Source of the DNA: an uncultured Gemmatimonadales bacterium
GTDB taxonomy: Bacteria; Gemmatimonadota; Gemmatimonadetes; Gemmatimonadales; Gemmatimonadaceae
NCBI GenBank assembly: GCA_963707505.1
Contig: CAVPQB010000002.1
Span: forward strand, 122,032-186,031
DNA: 64,000 nucleotides
Direction: 5' to 3'
This document shows, one piece after another, positions 9,709 to 19,812 of this stretch. Position 1 is the first letter of the stretch. Each line of letters starts with the position of its first letter. The notes beneath the pieces are model-generated. The model did no database searches and was not told the origin of the DNA. It saw only the letters and a program-made list of their open reading frames with translations. The position numbers and the translations under genes are program-made.

Positions 9709-11031
9709 TCAGTATTTCGCGAGGTAATTGTCCAGCTCCCACTTGCTCACCTGCATCATGTACTCGCGCCACTCCTCACGCTTCGCAGCGAGAAAGTGGC
9801 GTGTGACGTGCGGGCCGAGCGCGTCACGAACGACGTCGTCCTTCTCGAGCTCGTCGCAGGCTTCGTTGAGATCGTGAGGAAGGTCGTCGATGCGCAGGCG
9901 CCGGCGCTCGCGGTGTGACATCTCCCAGATGTTCTCGTTGACGGGCTCGCGGTAATCGGCGCGCGTTTCGATCCCGTCCAGGCCGGCGGCCAGCATCACG
10001 GCCAGCGCGAGATACGGATTGGCCGACGGGTCCGGCGCGCGATGCTCCACGCGCGTGCCGATCTTGCGGCGCGCGGGAATGCGCAGCATCGGAGATCGGT
10101 TGCGCATCGACCACGCGACATTGGCTGGCGCTTCGTATCCGGTGAGAAGCCGCTTGTAGGAATTGACGAGCGGGTTGGTGATAGCCGTGCACGCGCGCGC
10201 GTGCTTGAGCAGACCGCCGATGTAATGAAGCGCGGTCTCGCTGAGCTCGTACTGGCCCGCGGCGTCATAAAATGCGTTCTCGCTGCCGCGAAACAGCGAC
10301 TGGTGCGTGTGCATTCCGCTGCCGCTCTGGCCGAAGATCGGTTTGGGCATGAACGAGGCGACGAGGCCGAACTGCTGAGCCACGTATTTGACGACAAACC
10401 GGAACGTCGTGATGTTGTCGGCAGTGCGCAGAGCATCGGCGTAGCGAAAATCGATCTCGTGCTGACCGTGCGCTACCTCATGATGCGCGGCCTCGACCTC
10501 GAATCCCATCTTCTCCAGCGCCACCACAATCGCTCGGCGCGCGTCCTCCCCGAGGTCGGATGGAGCGAGATCGAAATAGCTCCCGACGTCGTGGGTGGCG
10601 GTGGAGACGTTACCTCCGGCACCCGGCCGGAACATGAAGAATTCGGCCTCCATGCCAGCATTCATGCGGAAGCCCATGGCCTCCGCCTTCGCGACCGCGC
10701 GCTTGAGAACCCAGCGAGGATCTCCCTCGAAGTGATCGCCATCGGGGGTGTGCACATCGCAGATGACCCGAGCGACCCTGGCATCGGGGTCCCCCCAGGG
10801 ATATACCTGGAAAGTGGACAGGTCCGGGACAAGGAGCATGTCGGACTCCTCGACGCGCACGAACCCTTCTATTGAGGAGCCGTCGAACATGATGTCGCCG
10901 TCGAGGGCCTTCTCGATCTGGGAGGAAGGGATCTCGACGTTCTTGTTGATGCCCAGGATATCGGTGAATTGGAGCCTGAGGAATCGGACACCTTGTTTCT
11001 TTGTGATGTCCAAAATTTCCTGTTTTTGCAT
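9709..11031 (-). CDS. glnA: glutamine synthetase type I
   Basis: FDGSSIEGF, EAEFF, HHEVAHGQHEI, FMPKP...GSGMHTHQSL, NSYKRL, DPSANPYL. Confidence 0.97.
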   Translation of the reverse strand: MQKQEILDITKKQGVRFLRLQFTDILGINKNVEIPSSQIEKALDGDIMFDGSSIEGFVRVEESDMLLVPDLSTFQVYPWGDPDARVARVICDVHTPDGDHFEGDPRWVLKRAVAKAEAMGFRMNAGMEAEFFMFRPGAGGNVSTATHDVGSYFDLAPSDLGEDARRAIVVALEKMGFEVEAAHHEVAHGQHEIDFRYADALRTADNITTFRFVVKYVAQQFGLVASFMPKPIFGQSGSGMHTHQSLFRGSENAFYDAAGQYELSETALHYIGGLLKHARACTAITNPLVNSYKRLLTGYEAPANVAWSMRNRSPMLRIPARRKIGTRVEHRAPDPSANPYLALAVMLAAGLDGIETRADYREPVNENIWEMSHRERRRLRIDDLPHDLNEACDELEKDDVVRDALGPHVTRHFLAAKREEWREYMMQVSKWELDNYLAKY

Positions 11032-11143
11032 TTTTTAGTCTCGTTTGCTTGCGATTGGCGACTTAAATATGCAGATTGAGACCTCAGTTGTGCAAGTTTT
11101 GCAATTTTCCCATAACACCAGGCCTCGCAGCCGACCCCCACAA

Positions 11144-13357
11144 ATGCCTACCGCCCGCCAGCTAGCTGTCCAGGACATCTCCGCCCGCGTTACCGACGAA
11201 TCCTCCACACCCGTGCCTCTCCGCACGTCCGAATATTTTGGCGTCAACACCTTTGGCGCGCGCCAGATGCGCGAGAAGCTTCCCAAGGAGATCTACGTCA
11301 AGCTTCTCTCGGCGGTTCGCCAGGGGAAGAAACTCGATCGCGACATCGCGCCGACGGTCGCGCAGGTGATCAAGGACTGGGCGGTGTCGCGCGGGGTGAC
11401 CCACTTCACTCACTGGTTCCAACCGCAGACCGGACTGACAGCAGAAAAGCACGATGCGTTCCTCACGTTCGACGACGAGTTGGAGCCGATGGAGTCGTTT
11501 TCAGCGGCGCAGCTAATTCAGAGCGAGCCGGACGCATCGAGCTTTCCGTCAGGCGGATTGCGCGCGACGTGGGAGGCGAGAGGCTATACGGCGTGGAACC
11601 CTGCGAGCCCGGTGTTCATCGTCGAGAGTGCCGGAGCACGCACGCTGTGCGTTCCATCGGTATTCATTGGCTACAACGGCGAGGCGCTCGATGAGATGAC
11701 GCCGCTGCTGCGCAGCTCCGACGTCCTGTCACAGAAGGCGACCGAGCTGCTCGAGCTGATGGGCGACAGGGGCGTACGGCGAGTCTACACGACGCTTGGC
11801 GCGGAGCAGGAATATTTCCTGATCGACCGTACGCTGTTCGCGATGCGACCGGATCTGGTGATGGCGGGACGTACGCTGATCGGCGCTGCACCATCGCGCG
11901 GGCAGCAGTTGGAGGATCACTACTTCGGCGGAATTCCGGAGCGCGTGCAGGCGTGCATCGCAGAAGTGGAACACGAGCTGTACAAGCTGAGCGTGCCGAT
12001 CGTCACACGACACAACGAAGTTGCACCGTGCCAGTTCGAGATGGCGCCGATGTTCGAGGAGACCGACATCGCCGTCGATCACAATCAGATAGTGATGGCG
12101 ACGCTGCGGCGCATCGCATTGCGTCACGGCCTGCAGGCGTTGCTCGCGGAAAAGCCGTTCGCTGGTGTGAACGGAAGCGGCAAGCACTGCAACTGGTCGA
12201 TGGCGGTGCGGTCGGACGATCCGGCGCTCGATGGTGTCAACCTGCTCAAGCCGGGCAAGACGCCGCATCAGAACATTCGCTTCCTGCTCTTTCTCGCGGC
12301 AGTGCTGCAGGGCGTGAACAAGCATGCGGGTCTTCTTCGCGCGGCTATCGCAACGTCCGGCAACGAGCACAGGCTCGGCGCGAACGAGGCGCCGCCGGCG
12401 ATCATCTCGGTATTCATGGGCACCATGCTCACGCGCGTGATCGACGAGATCATCGACGGCAAGAGCACCAAGAGCGCCGATCAGCAGATGATCGGGCTCG
12501 GCGTCGCCAAGTTGCCGGAGATCGAGAAGGACAACACCGATCGCAACCGCACGTCACCGTTCGCGTTCACGGGGCAGAAGTTCGAATTCCGCGCGGTCGG
12601 CTCGAGTCAGAGCATCGCCTTCCCGATCGTTCTGTTGAACGCCGCAGTCGCCGAGGCGATTTCTGATATTACCGAAGAACTGCGTGAGGAATTGAAGGAT
12701 GGGAAGCGTGACGCGAAGTCGATCGACGACGCCGTGCTGAAAGTCGTGCGCAAGTCGTTCAAGGAGAGCACTCCGGTTCGGTTCGAGGGAAACAACTACT
12801 CCGCCGACTGGGTGAAGGAGGCGGAGAAGCGCGGCCTGCTGAATCTGCGCCGTACGCCGGAAGGGTTGCAGCAGCTCGTCACCAAGCAGTCACGCAAGAT
12901 GCTCACATCGCTCGGCATCTTCACGAACGAGGAACTGGACTCGCGATATCACGTGCGACTCGAGCGCTACACCAAGGACATGCTGATCGAGCTCCATACG
13001 CTGTGCGAAATGGTCGATACACTCGTCATTCCGGCCGTGCTTGGTTACGTCGGATCGCTCTCCAGCACGGCAGCGCAGGCGAAGGCCGCCGGAATCACGG
13101 TCATCCCGCAGATTGGAATCGCCAACAAGATTGGCGCGACGATCGAGCAGCTGCTCAAGCGACACGAGAAACTTGTCGGCGTGATTGCGAAGGCCGAATC
13201 GATGCACGACGATCCGGGTGCGCAGGCGAAGCTGCTCACGAGCGCAGGTGCGGATGCGATGGCCGAAGTGCGCGAAAAGTGCGACGAGCTGGAGCTGATG
13301 GTGTGCGACAGCGATTGGCCGCTGCCGAAGTACCGCGAGATGTTGTTTCCGGTTTGA
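11144..13357 (+). CDS. glnN: glutamine synthetase type III
   Basis: FTHWFQPQTGLTAEKHDAF, EPDASSFPSGGLR, GQQLEDHYFG, HNEVAP, EKPFAGVNGSGKH, DRNRTSPFAFTG; start placed at ATG 11144. Confidence 0.95.
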   Translation: MPTARQLAVQDISARVTDESSTPVPLRTSEYFGVNTFGARQMREKLPKEIYVKLLSAVRQGKKLDRDIAPTVAQVIKDWAVSRGVTHFTHWFQPQTGLTAEKHDAFLTFDDELEPMESFSAAQLIQSEPDASSFPSGGLRATWEARGYTAWNPASPVFIVESAGARTLCVPSVFIGYNGEALDEMTPLLRSSDVLSQKATELLELMGDRGVRRVYTTLGAEQEYFLIDRTLFAMRPDLVMAGRTLIGAAPSRGQQLEDHYFGGIPERVQACIAEVEHELYKLSVPIVTRHNEVAPCQFEMAPMFEETDIAVDHNQIVMATLRRIALRHGLQALLAEKPFAGVNGSGKHCNWSMAVRSDDPALDGVNLLKPGKTPHQNIRFLLFLAAVLQGVNKHAGLLRAAIATSGNEHRLGANEAPPAIISVFMGTMLTRVIDEIIDGKSTKSADQQMIGLGVAKLPEIEKDNTDRNRTSPFAFTGQKFEFRAVGSSQSIAFPIVLLNAAVAEAISDITEELREELKDGKRDAKSIDDAVLKVVRKSFKESTPVRFEGNNYSADWVKEAEKRGLLNLRRTPEGLQQLVTKQSRKMLTSLGIFTNEELDSRYHVRLERYTKDMLIELHTLCEMVDTLVIPAVLGYVGSLSSTAAQAKAAGITVIPQIGIANKIGATIEQLLKRHEKLVGVIAKAESMHDDPGAQAKLLTSAGADAMAEVREKCDELELMVCDSDWPLPKYREMLFPV

Positions 13358-13366
13358 TGAAACCGA

Positions 13367-13408
13367 CTCCAGGATTGCGTCAAGCATATTGCTGACGCAA
13401 TCCTGGAG
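13367..13408. terminator. 16-bp-arm hairpin after glnN
   Basis: CTCCAGGATTGCGTCA-N10-TGACGCAATCCTGGAG between convergent genes. Confidence 0.7.
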
Positions 13409-13429
13409 CACTAAACAGGCCGTAGCTGC

Positions 13430-13864
13430 CTACTTCGGAGGGGCTTGACGTCCAATCCCGTACGGATACACGACTCTAATGCCGATCAGGACGCCTATGA
13501 GTGCAACAGGCAGCACCCACATAGCTGGCACAAACTGATTCGCAAGGTCATGAACAACGCTAAACGCGCCGGCGAAACCGAACACGATGTAACCAATCGC
13601 CAAGCCAATCTCTGGCCAGGGTTTACCCTCGCGAATGTCCTCAATGAGGAGCATTGTTCCAACACCGGCAATCACCAGCGCAATCGTAAGTAGCACATGA
13701 AGAAATCGTTCGCGACCGGTGCCTGGTGCGGCTAACCCTATGACAATAGCGAGCGGAAGTGAAAGCGCCATTGCCCAGTTGCGAACTCGTGATGGTTTCG
13801 GCATTTCAAGCCTCCATGGACAAATCAATGCAGTATTCGCCATCTGCGGTGCATTGCCAACCAC
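13430..13864 (-). CDS. 4-TM hypothetical protein (candidate immunity protein)
   Basis: Four hydrophobic segments; the likely start MPKP (about 13804) abuts the upstream gene stop; lower GC. Confidence 0.6.
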   Translation of the reverse strand: MVGNAPQMANTALICPWRLEMPKPSRVRNWAMALSLPLAIVIGLAAPGTGRERFLHVLLTIALVIAGVGTMLLIEDIREGKPWPEIGLAIGYIVFGFAGAFSVVHDLANQFVPAMWVLPVALIGVLIGIRVVYPYGIGRQAPPK

Positions 13865-15098
13865 TACCGTAGGAAGCTATAAATTCCTCAATTACCTCGT
13901 TCAGCGACGTAAAGTCTACACTTTCAGTGCCATCGTCCGACCAGTACGACCCGCTGGCGCCGGCTGAATTATCAGCAATTCCATGTGCATGGCGGCACGC
14001 ACTTAGATCGTTTTGGAGTTGATTGAGTTCCCAAAGTTCGTAGATATAGTATCCTACGCTGAACGCTGTAACCCCACATGCGATAACTGCTACCGGCGTT
14101 AATACGCCCCCGCTTCCCACCGCCGCCAGTATCGCTTCACCACAGTCGGCAACCTCAAAGGGTGTTCCATAACCCTCGACGAACAGCTTCCCAAGAACGT
14201 AATTGTAGTGGTTCTGGATCTTGTCGCACTCTGGCGTTTCGTCGTGCAAACCACCGTCATACCAACCATCGTCAAAACCCCATGGATTTTCAAATTCGTC
14301 CGCCTTCGCTTCGTCGGGAAGGAACGTTGACTCCGCAAAACTCTCAGCGCTTTTTAATACTTGCCTCAACGTGGCGAGAGCACGACCTTTCCGTGGGTGT
14401 CCCGAGGAGTCGTTTAGGAACGCAACGGCAGTATCCGCGAAGTTCCAGGACTGATTGATCTCGGCCAGGGGTGTGCCAGTAGAGTCAAAGGCTAAAATAT
14501 GAATCTTCTTGGGTGTCCAATGGCCGCCCCGCCACGCGTGCCGCATCCCCATCACAAGGGTTGGCTTCCCGTCAACGAAGATGAACATCTGCCGGGCAGG
14601 CGAACCTGGCAGTTCGTCGTCGTCATGTAGTGTGGCAACTGAAATGACGTGCCCAGAGCGTGAATCTCGATGAGACACGACTTCATGCCGGCCGTGGAAG
14701 CGCGTGTCCGGACTACCAGCACCCAAGCGGTTCAACGCTGGCAGCAGAGTTCCGCGCGATGCTGAAACCAGGGCGCTACTTCCGATCAGATGAGCACATG
14801 GGCCGACGCCGATGAGTGCTTGAACCTTTACATCAGAATCGGCCCGAGGTGACGGCTGCCAACCAAACATATCACCCTTCTGAACCGACTTTACATCCTG
14901 CGCATCCTTTGTTATAACAGTTCCCTTCGGAGTGAAATATCGGATCTCAGATGTTACTTGGGCAGCCATGAGTACAGCGTCTCCATCCATTGTGTCAAGG
15001 TGCTTCGGATCAGTCGGTGTATCAGAACAGGCTGATACAAGCACCATCACAGACACTGTAGCAACGACTACGCTCGAAAATATGCATCGATTACACAT
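13806..15098 (-). CDS. lipoprotein with Cys-flanked hydrophobic C-terminal domain
   Basis: Lipobox LVSAC; 430 aa; C-terminal CGEAILAAVGSGGVLTPVAVIAC; visibly more AT-rich than the flanks. Confidence 0.7.
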   Translation of the reverse strand: MCNRCIFSSVVVATVSVMVLVSACSDTPTDPKHLDTMDGDAVLMAAQVTSEIRYFTPKGTVITKDAQDVKSVQKGDMFGWQPSPRADSDVKVQALIGVGPCAHLIGSSALVSASRGTLLPALNRLGAGSPDTRFHGRHEVVSHRDSRSGHVISVATLHDDDELPGSPARQMFIFVDGKPTLVMGMRHAWRGGHWTPKKIHILAFDSTGTPLAEINQSWNFADTAVAFLNDSSGHPRKGRALATLRQVLKSAESFAESTFLPDEAKADEFENPWGFDDGWYDGGLHDETPECDKIQNHYNYVLGKLFVEGYGTPFEVADCGEAILAAVGSGGVLTPVAVIACGVTAFSVGYYIYELWELNQLQNDLSACRHAHGIADNSAGASGSYWSDDGTESVDFTSLNEVIEEFIASYGSGWQCTADGEYCIDLSMEA

Positions 15099-15437
15099 CC
15101 GATCAACGACAACCCTACCTTTGAGCTACTCATCGCCAACTCCTAGAAAAAGGGAGGACAGAAAAGCTGCTACGGAGGGAAAATGACGGCCGCCAACGAA
15201 TATGTACCCTTATTCGGGTAGCGCTAGTGCTAATTCAAGACAAAGGATGCGATTTTGAGACAATAGACGGGACGCCAAGTACTTCTAACCGTACGCAAGC
15301 ACAGGTGGGTCACGATCACCAATTTTGAGGGAGAATTACATTCGCAACTGCCTCGGGAGCGAGGTAGGCATTTTCGAAAGCCTATGTCGCAGTACGTCCG
15401 TGCCGTTTAAGTCCGTGGCGGCATGCATCGAGATTGC

Positions 15438-16961
15438 TCACCTACTCGACCAAACCATCTTTCCCTTCTCACTCAATACTTCACTTCCGAGCCGTAGCAC
15501 GCCATCAATCAATACGTCGATATCGGACATCCTCGCGCGGTGATTCACGTTCGCAACTCGAATTGCGAACCGACCGTTCAGTACCGTGCTCGATGGAACT
15601 GCGAGGCCGGATTCCTGAATGCGAAGCAAGACTTCGGTATTGATTGCGTCGAGCATTTCATCGGCGACACCGGCGGGTGCGTAGCGGAGGCACGCGATGT
15701 TGAGTGGCGCGGGCGCAAGCAGCTCGAGATCCGGATGGGCCTCGACGCGCCCCGCGAGATAGCGTATCTGCGCGACGTTCTGCTCAACCATGCGCACGAG
15801 CTTGTCGACGCCATCGGCCTTGAGCGACAACCAGGCCTTGAGCGCCTTGAAGCCGCGCGTGAGATCGATGCCGCGATCGGCAAACGGCAGACCGCCAGCA
15901 ATGACGCCTCGCGTCGCGGCGGCAAGATAGCTGGCTGGTGCCGCGTACGTCGCCATGTGCACTTCCGGATCACGCACGAGCACGCACGCGCACTCGAACG
16001 GAAGGTCACCCCACTTGTGCAGATCGAAGCCGAGTGAGTCGGCACGTTCGAGGCCTGCAACTTGTGGGCGCAGTTCATCCGACAGGTAGGCGAGCGCGCC
16101 GAATGCGCCATCGACGTGGAACCACAGATTCTCGCGCCGGCAAAATTCGGCGATCGCAGTGAGATCGTCGGATGCTCCCGTGTTCACCGTGCCAGCTGTA
16201 CCGACGACGCAGAACGGTGTCAATCCAGCAGCGCGATCCGCCGCAACCATCTCGGCGAGCGCTGCCATTTCGATTCGGTAATTCGAGTCCACGGGCACAC
16301 GCCGGAACGCTCTGTCGCCCAGGCCCATGAATTCGGTGGCCTTGCGCGCCCAGCCGTGAGTCTCGGAAGATCCGTAGAACACGAATGGACCGCGCTGTGG
16401 CGCGTCCGGCCATTGTTGTACACCGTCCTCGCGCACGTCGATGCCCAGCTCGCGCGCTTTCGCAAAGCGCGCAACGCCGAGTGCGAGTGTGCTTGCCATG
16501 GTGCCACCGGTAACGAGAACTCCACTTCCGCCTGGCATTCCGAGCAGTTCAGCCAGCCAGTCTATCAACTGTTGCTCCACCAGCGCTGGCGCCTGATTGA
16601 AACCAGCCATGTGCGGATTCAGTCCTGAGGCGAGCATGTCGGCCATCATTCCAAGTGGCGTTCCGTTTCCCTTCACCCAACCGAAGAATCGTGGGTGCAG
16701 ATTGCCGTCGGGATACGGGAGCACGTTCTGGACGAAATCACGATACGCCGCTTCCGCACCGACACCCGTGCGTGGAATCGGCTCCGCGAGCGCCTCTCGC
16801 ACCGACGCCGGCATCTCACGCCATGCGGGCTGCTCGCGCAGGCTCTCCAGGTGACCGAGCATGTCGTCCACCATGCGGTGCGACAGCGCGCGAAAATTTT
16901 CCCATTCTTCTGGTGAAGCCGGGTCGAAGGTTTCTTCAGGCGGATTGTTGGGGGACGTCAT
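15438..16961 (-). CDS. PLP-dependent group II amino acid decarboxylase
   Basis: HPRFFGWV, GGTMAST, VGTAGTVNTGASD, WFHVDGAFG, DSLGFDLHKW; start at MTSPNN. Confidence 0.93.
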   Translation of the reverse strand: MTSPNNPPEETFDPASPEEWENFRALSHRMVDDMLGHLESLREQPAWREMPASVREALAEPIPRTGVGAEAAYRDFVQNVLPYPDGNLHPRFFGWVKGNGTPLGMMADMLASGLNPHMAGFNQAPALVEQQLIDWLAELLGMPGGSGVLVTGGTMASTLALGVARFAKARELGIDVREDGVQQWPDAPQRGPFVFYGSSETHGWARKATEFMGLGDRAFRRVPVDSNYRIEMAALAEMVAADRAAGLTPFCVVGTAGTVNTGASDDLTAIAEFCRRENLWFHVDGAFGALAYLSDELRPQVAGLERADSLGFDLHKWGDLPFECACVLVRDPEVHMATYAAPASYLAAATRGVIAGGLPFADRGIDLTRGFKALKAWLSLKADGVDKLVRMVEQNVAQIRYLAGRVEAHPDLELLAPAPLNIACLRYAPAGVADEMLDAINTEVLLRIQESGLAVPSSTVLNGRFAIRVANVNHRARMSDIDVLIDGVLRLGSEVLSEKGKMVWSSR

Positions 16962-17108
16962 CTCGTATTGGTTCAGATCTGCATCGCAAGCGACACGCGA
17001 TGCCTGAAAGAACATAGTGGGCGGACGGCGAGATTCGCCAATGCTGCCCGGCGAGGCATTTACGGGCGGGGCTGGATATTGCGTAACCATGTTGTTACAT
17101 ATTCCTGC

Positions 17109-17483
17109 ATGCCTCGTGTCATTCCCCGGACAGACCCGTTCCACGCCGTCGCCGATCCCACGCGGCGGGCGATCCTGGACCGCTTACGGCGCGGTGCCGT
17201 GCCGGCGAGCGAGATCGCTGCCGGTTTCAGGATAAGCCGCCCCGCCGTGTCGCGACATCTGCGTGTATTGCGCGATGCGCGCCTGGTGCGCGAGCAGCGC
17301 GGTGGCGGAATCGACGGGCGACAGCGCGTCTACGAGCTGACACCGGCGCCGCTCACCGATGTAGCGAAGTGGATTGCCGGCTACCAGAAGTTCTGGCCGT
17401 CCAATCTCGCGAATCTCAAACGGCATATCGAGGGTAGTACGGATTGGACCTTCGACCGCCCCCCGGAGAAACCTCAGTCATGA
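17109..17483 (+). CDS. ArsR/SmtB family transcriptional regulator
   Basis: FHAVADPTRRAILDRL...ISRPAVSRHLRVLRDARLV. Confidence 0.9.
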   Translation: MPRVIPRTDPFHAVADPTRRAILDRLRRGAVPASEIAAGFRISRPAVSRHLRVLRDARLVREQRGGGIDGRQRVYELTPAPLTDVAKWIAGYQKFWPSNLANLKRHIEGSTDWTFDRPPEKPQS

Positions 17484-17666
17484 CCCACGCAGCGACATTC
17501 GAACTCGCGGAGGCTCCGCACGTAGAAAAGGACAGAGACTGCAATAACGATCACGATACCATCGAGACTCGGAACGCTTGCACGTTCAAGGCATGAGCGG
17601 CGCATGCTCATCTGCGCCGCGTAGCACCTGTCACGCACGATCGATCAACACACAACTGATAGAACG

Positions 17667-18299
17667 ATGTCGACCCTCTACACACCTTACGTCATCGAGC
17701 GATCTTCTCGCGGAGAACACACATACGATGTGTTTTCGCGACTCCTCATGGATCGCATCATCTTCCTGGGAACGCCGGTCACTGACGACGTCGCGAACGT
17801 CATCATAGCGCAGCTGCTCTTCCTCGAAGCGGACAACGCCGAGCGCGACGTACATCTCTACATCAACTCGCCCGGCGGATCGGTATCAGCCGGACTCGCG
17901 ATCTACGACACCATGCAATTCATGAAGGCGCCCGTGAACACCATCTGCATGGGATTCGCGGCGAGCATCAGCTGCTTTCTGCTCGCTGGTGGACGCGCCG
18001 GCAAGCGGTCTGCGCTACCGCACTCGCGCATCATGCAACACCAGCCGTCACAGTCCGGCGGTGGCGGCACGGCGTCGGACGTCGAGATTCAGGCACGCGA
18101 GATCGTGTTCCTGCGCCGTAAGGTAAACGAGCTCATGGCAAAGCATACCGGCCGCCCATTGGAGCAGATCGAGCATGACTTCGATCGCGACAACTACATG
18201 TCCGCCGAGCAGGCAAAGGAATACGGAATCATCGACCACGTCGTGACGCACAAGGGCGAGGTCGTCGAAGCGAGTAGAGAGCTGGCGGTTACGGCGTAA
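17667..18299 (+). CDS. clpP: ATP-dependent Clp protease proteolytic subunit
   Basis: [52 protein letters not shown]. Confidence 0.96.
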   Translation: MSTLYTPYVIERSSRGEHTYDVFSRLLMDRIIFLGTPVTDDVANVIIAQLLFLEADNAERDVHLYINSPGGSVSAGLAIYDTMQFMKAPVNTICMGFAASISCFLLAGGRAGKRSALPHSRIMQHQPSQSGGGGTASDVEIQAREIVFLRRKVNELMAKHTGRPLEQIEHDFDRDNYMSAEQAKEYGIIDHVVTHKGEVVEASRELAVTA

Positions 18300-18311
18300 C
18301 GGGTCACTCCG

Positions 18312-19634
18312 CTACGCCGCGGGCACTGCCCCGCCCGGCGTCAGCTTGTCGATGGCACCCGGAAGCACCTGCGCCAGCTTCGCGGAGAGTTCTTCTGGCG
18401 GGATGCCGAACTTCGCCGCAAGCTGCGTCATCGCATCCGAACCCAGCGCCGCGTGGAGCTGATCTCCGGTTATCGGCTCGTTCGTGCCGGTGCCGACCCA
18501 TGACTTCACCGTACTGCCCAGCCCCTGCGACTCCAGCTGGCTGACTATTCCCTGCACGCCGCCATGCTTCTCGATCAGGCCATTGACGACAGTTGCCATC
18601 TCGGCGCCGACGACGCCACCCAGTAATCCGTCGAACAGTCCCATGGTTTCTCCCGGCGCGGAGGTGGTCCCGTCAGTCGGACGGGCGATTTGAAGTTGCG
18701 CGTCGTTCCCGTCCTTCGCTACCGCCCGTCCGACGATTATGGTTATGTTGTCCGTGCCACCGCCATCGAGCGCGTCCTGCAGCAATCCTTCGCACGCCTC
18801 GCGCGCGGACGTCATTCCGCGAAGCCGCTCAGCGATCCGCGCGTCGGAAACGTGTTTGGTGAGACCATCGCTGCAGATGAGATGAATGTTCTCCCAACTT
18901 GCCGCGAGGCGCGTGACCACTGGCGCCGTCTGCTCGCCGCCCAGCGAGCTGGACAGCACGTTCGCCCACGGCGACGCGAGTGCTACCGGGCGCGTCATCA
19001 CTCCCTGGTCGATGAACTCCTGCGCCATCGTCTGATCACGCGTGATCTGCGTCAGCACGTTGTTCCGGAACAGGTAGTAACGTGAATCGCCAACCTGGAG
19101 CAGATAGATCCACGGCCACACGCCGATCCACAACGTCAGTGTCGTAGCCATTCCGCGCAGGTCGCTGTCATCGCGCGCGCGCTGCAGCACCGCGTCGTGA
19201 CTGGTTGTTGCGGCCTTCTGCAGCACGTCCACAAAGTCCTCTGCCTGTGCGTCGGACTGGTAGTAGCAGAGCGCGCTGTGTATCACGTATTGTGTGACCG
19301 CTTCGAGCGCTATCCGACTGGCCTCCTCGCCAGCGAGCTGTCCGCCGACTCCGTCGGCGACCATTGCAATGAAGCCGGCGCGCTCGTTGCTCGCGCGAAG
19401 CTGCTCGGCTTCCGGAAGTGAAGTCGCCTTGATGTCGAGATGCTTGCGGAGGGACCCCAGCAGGAAATGATCTTCGTTCGTCTTGCGAACCTTGCCGGGG
19501 TGCGTCAGCCCCCATACATCGATCTCTTCATCGAGCGGCTTGCGCGGCGTGGACGACTCGTCATCATCTGCCACTTGCAGTTCACCAGGTATGAAGCTGT
19601 GAGTCAGGCCGACAGCGTCGGGCGAAAGGTCCAA
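18312..19634 (-). CDS. PP2C Ser/Thr phosphatase read in frame with a YidB/DUF937 domain (the YidB part 18312-18644 has its own RBS)
   Basis: GLTHPGKVRKTNED, VADGVGG, VGDSR, TRDQT, CSDGL, GGTDNIT; then GGAGA-ATG MGLFDGLLGG...SWVGTGTNEPI...LPGAIDKLTP. Confidence 0.85.
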   Translation of the reverse strand: MDLSPDAVGLTHSFIPGELQVADDDESSTPRKPLDEEIDVWGLTHPGKVRKTNEDHFLLGSLRKHLDIKATSLPEAEQLRASNERAGFIAMVADGVGGQLAGEEASRIALEAVTQYVIHSALCYYQSDAQAEDFVDVLQKAATTSHDAVLQRARDDSDLRGMATTLTLWIGVWPWIYLLQVGDSRYYLFRNNVLTQITRDQTMAQEFIDQGVMTRPVALASPWANVLSSSLGGEQTAPVVTRLAASWENIHLICSDGLTKHVSDARIAERLRGMTSAREACEGLLQDALDGGGTDNITIIVGRAVAKDGNDAQLQIARPTDGTTSAPGETMGLFDGLLGGVVGAEMATVVNGLIEKHGGVQGIVSQLESQGLGSTVKSWVGTGTNEPITGDQLHAALGSDAMTQLAAKFGIPPEELSAKLAQVLPGAIDKLTPGGAVPAA

Positions 19635-19812
19635 AATGCCGACAAGGGCGAATATACGCTGGCTGCCGACGGGCAGCTACGCCGGCTGTACGCCGGCCGC
19701 CCACTGGCTGTTCGGCTGCTGGACCGGCGACGATCGACACCCCCATTCTCATTTGACCCGGGACCTGTTAACTCGCCTGAGCAGCAGCCAGCACCGGAAA
19801 TCTTACACTCGC

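Noticed and set aside
11054..11075. Sigma-54 promoter (TGGC...TGC) between glnA and glnN
   Set aside because: The GG-to-GC spacing is 12 nt rather than the required 10.
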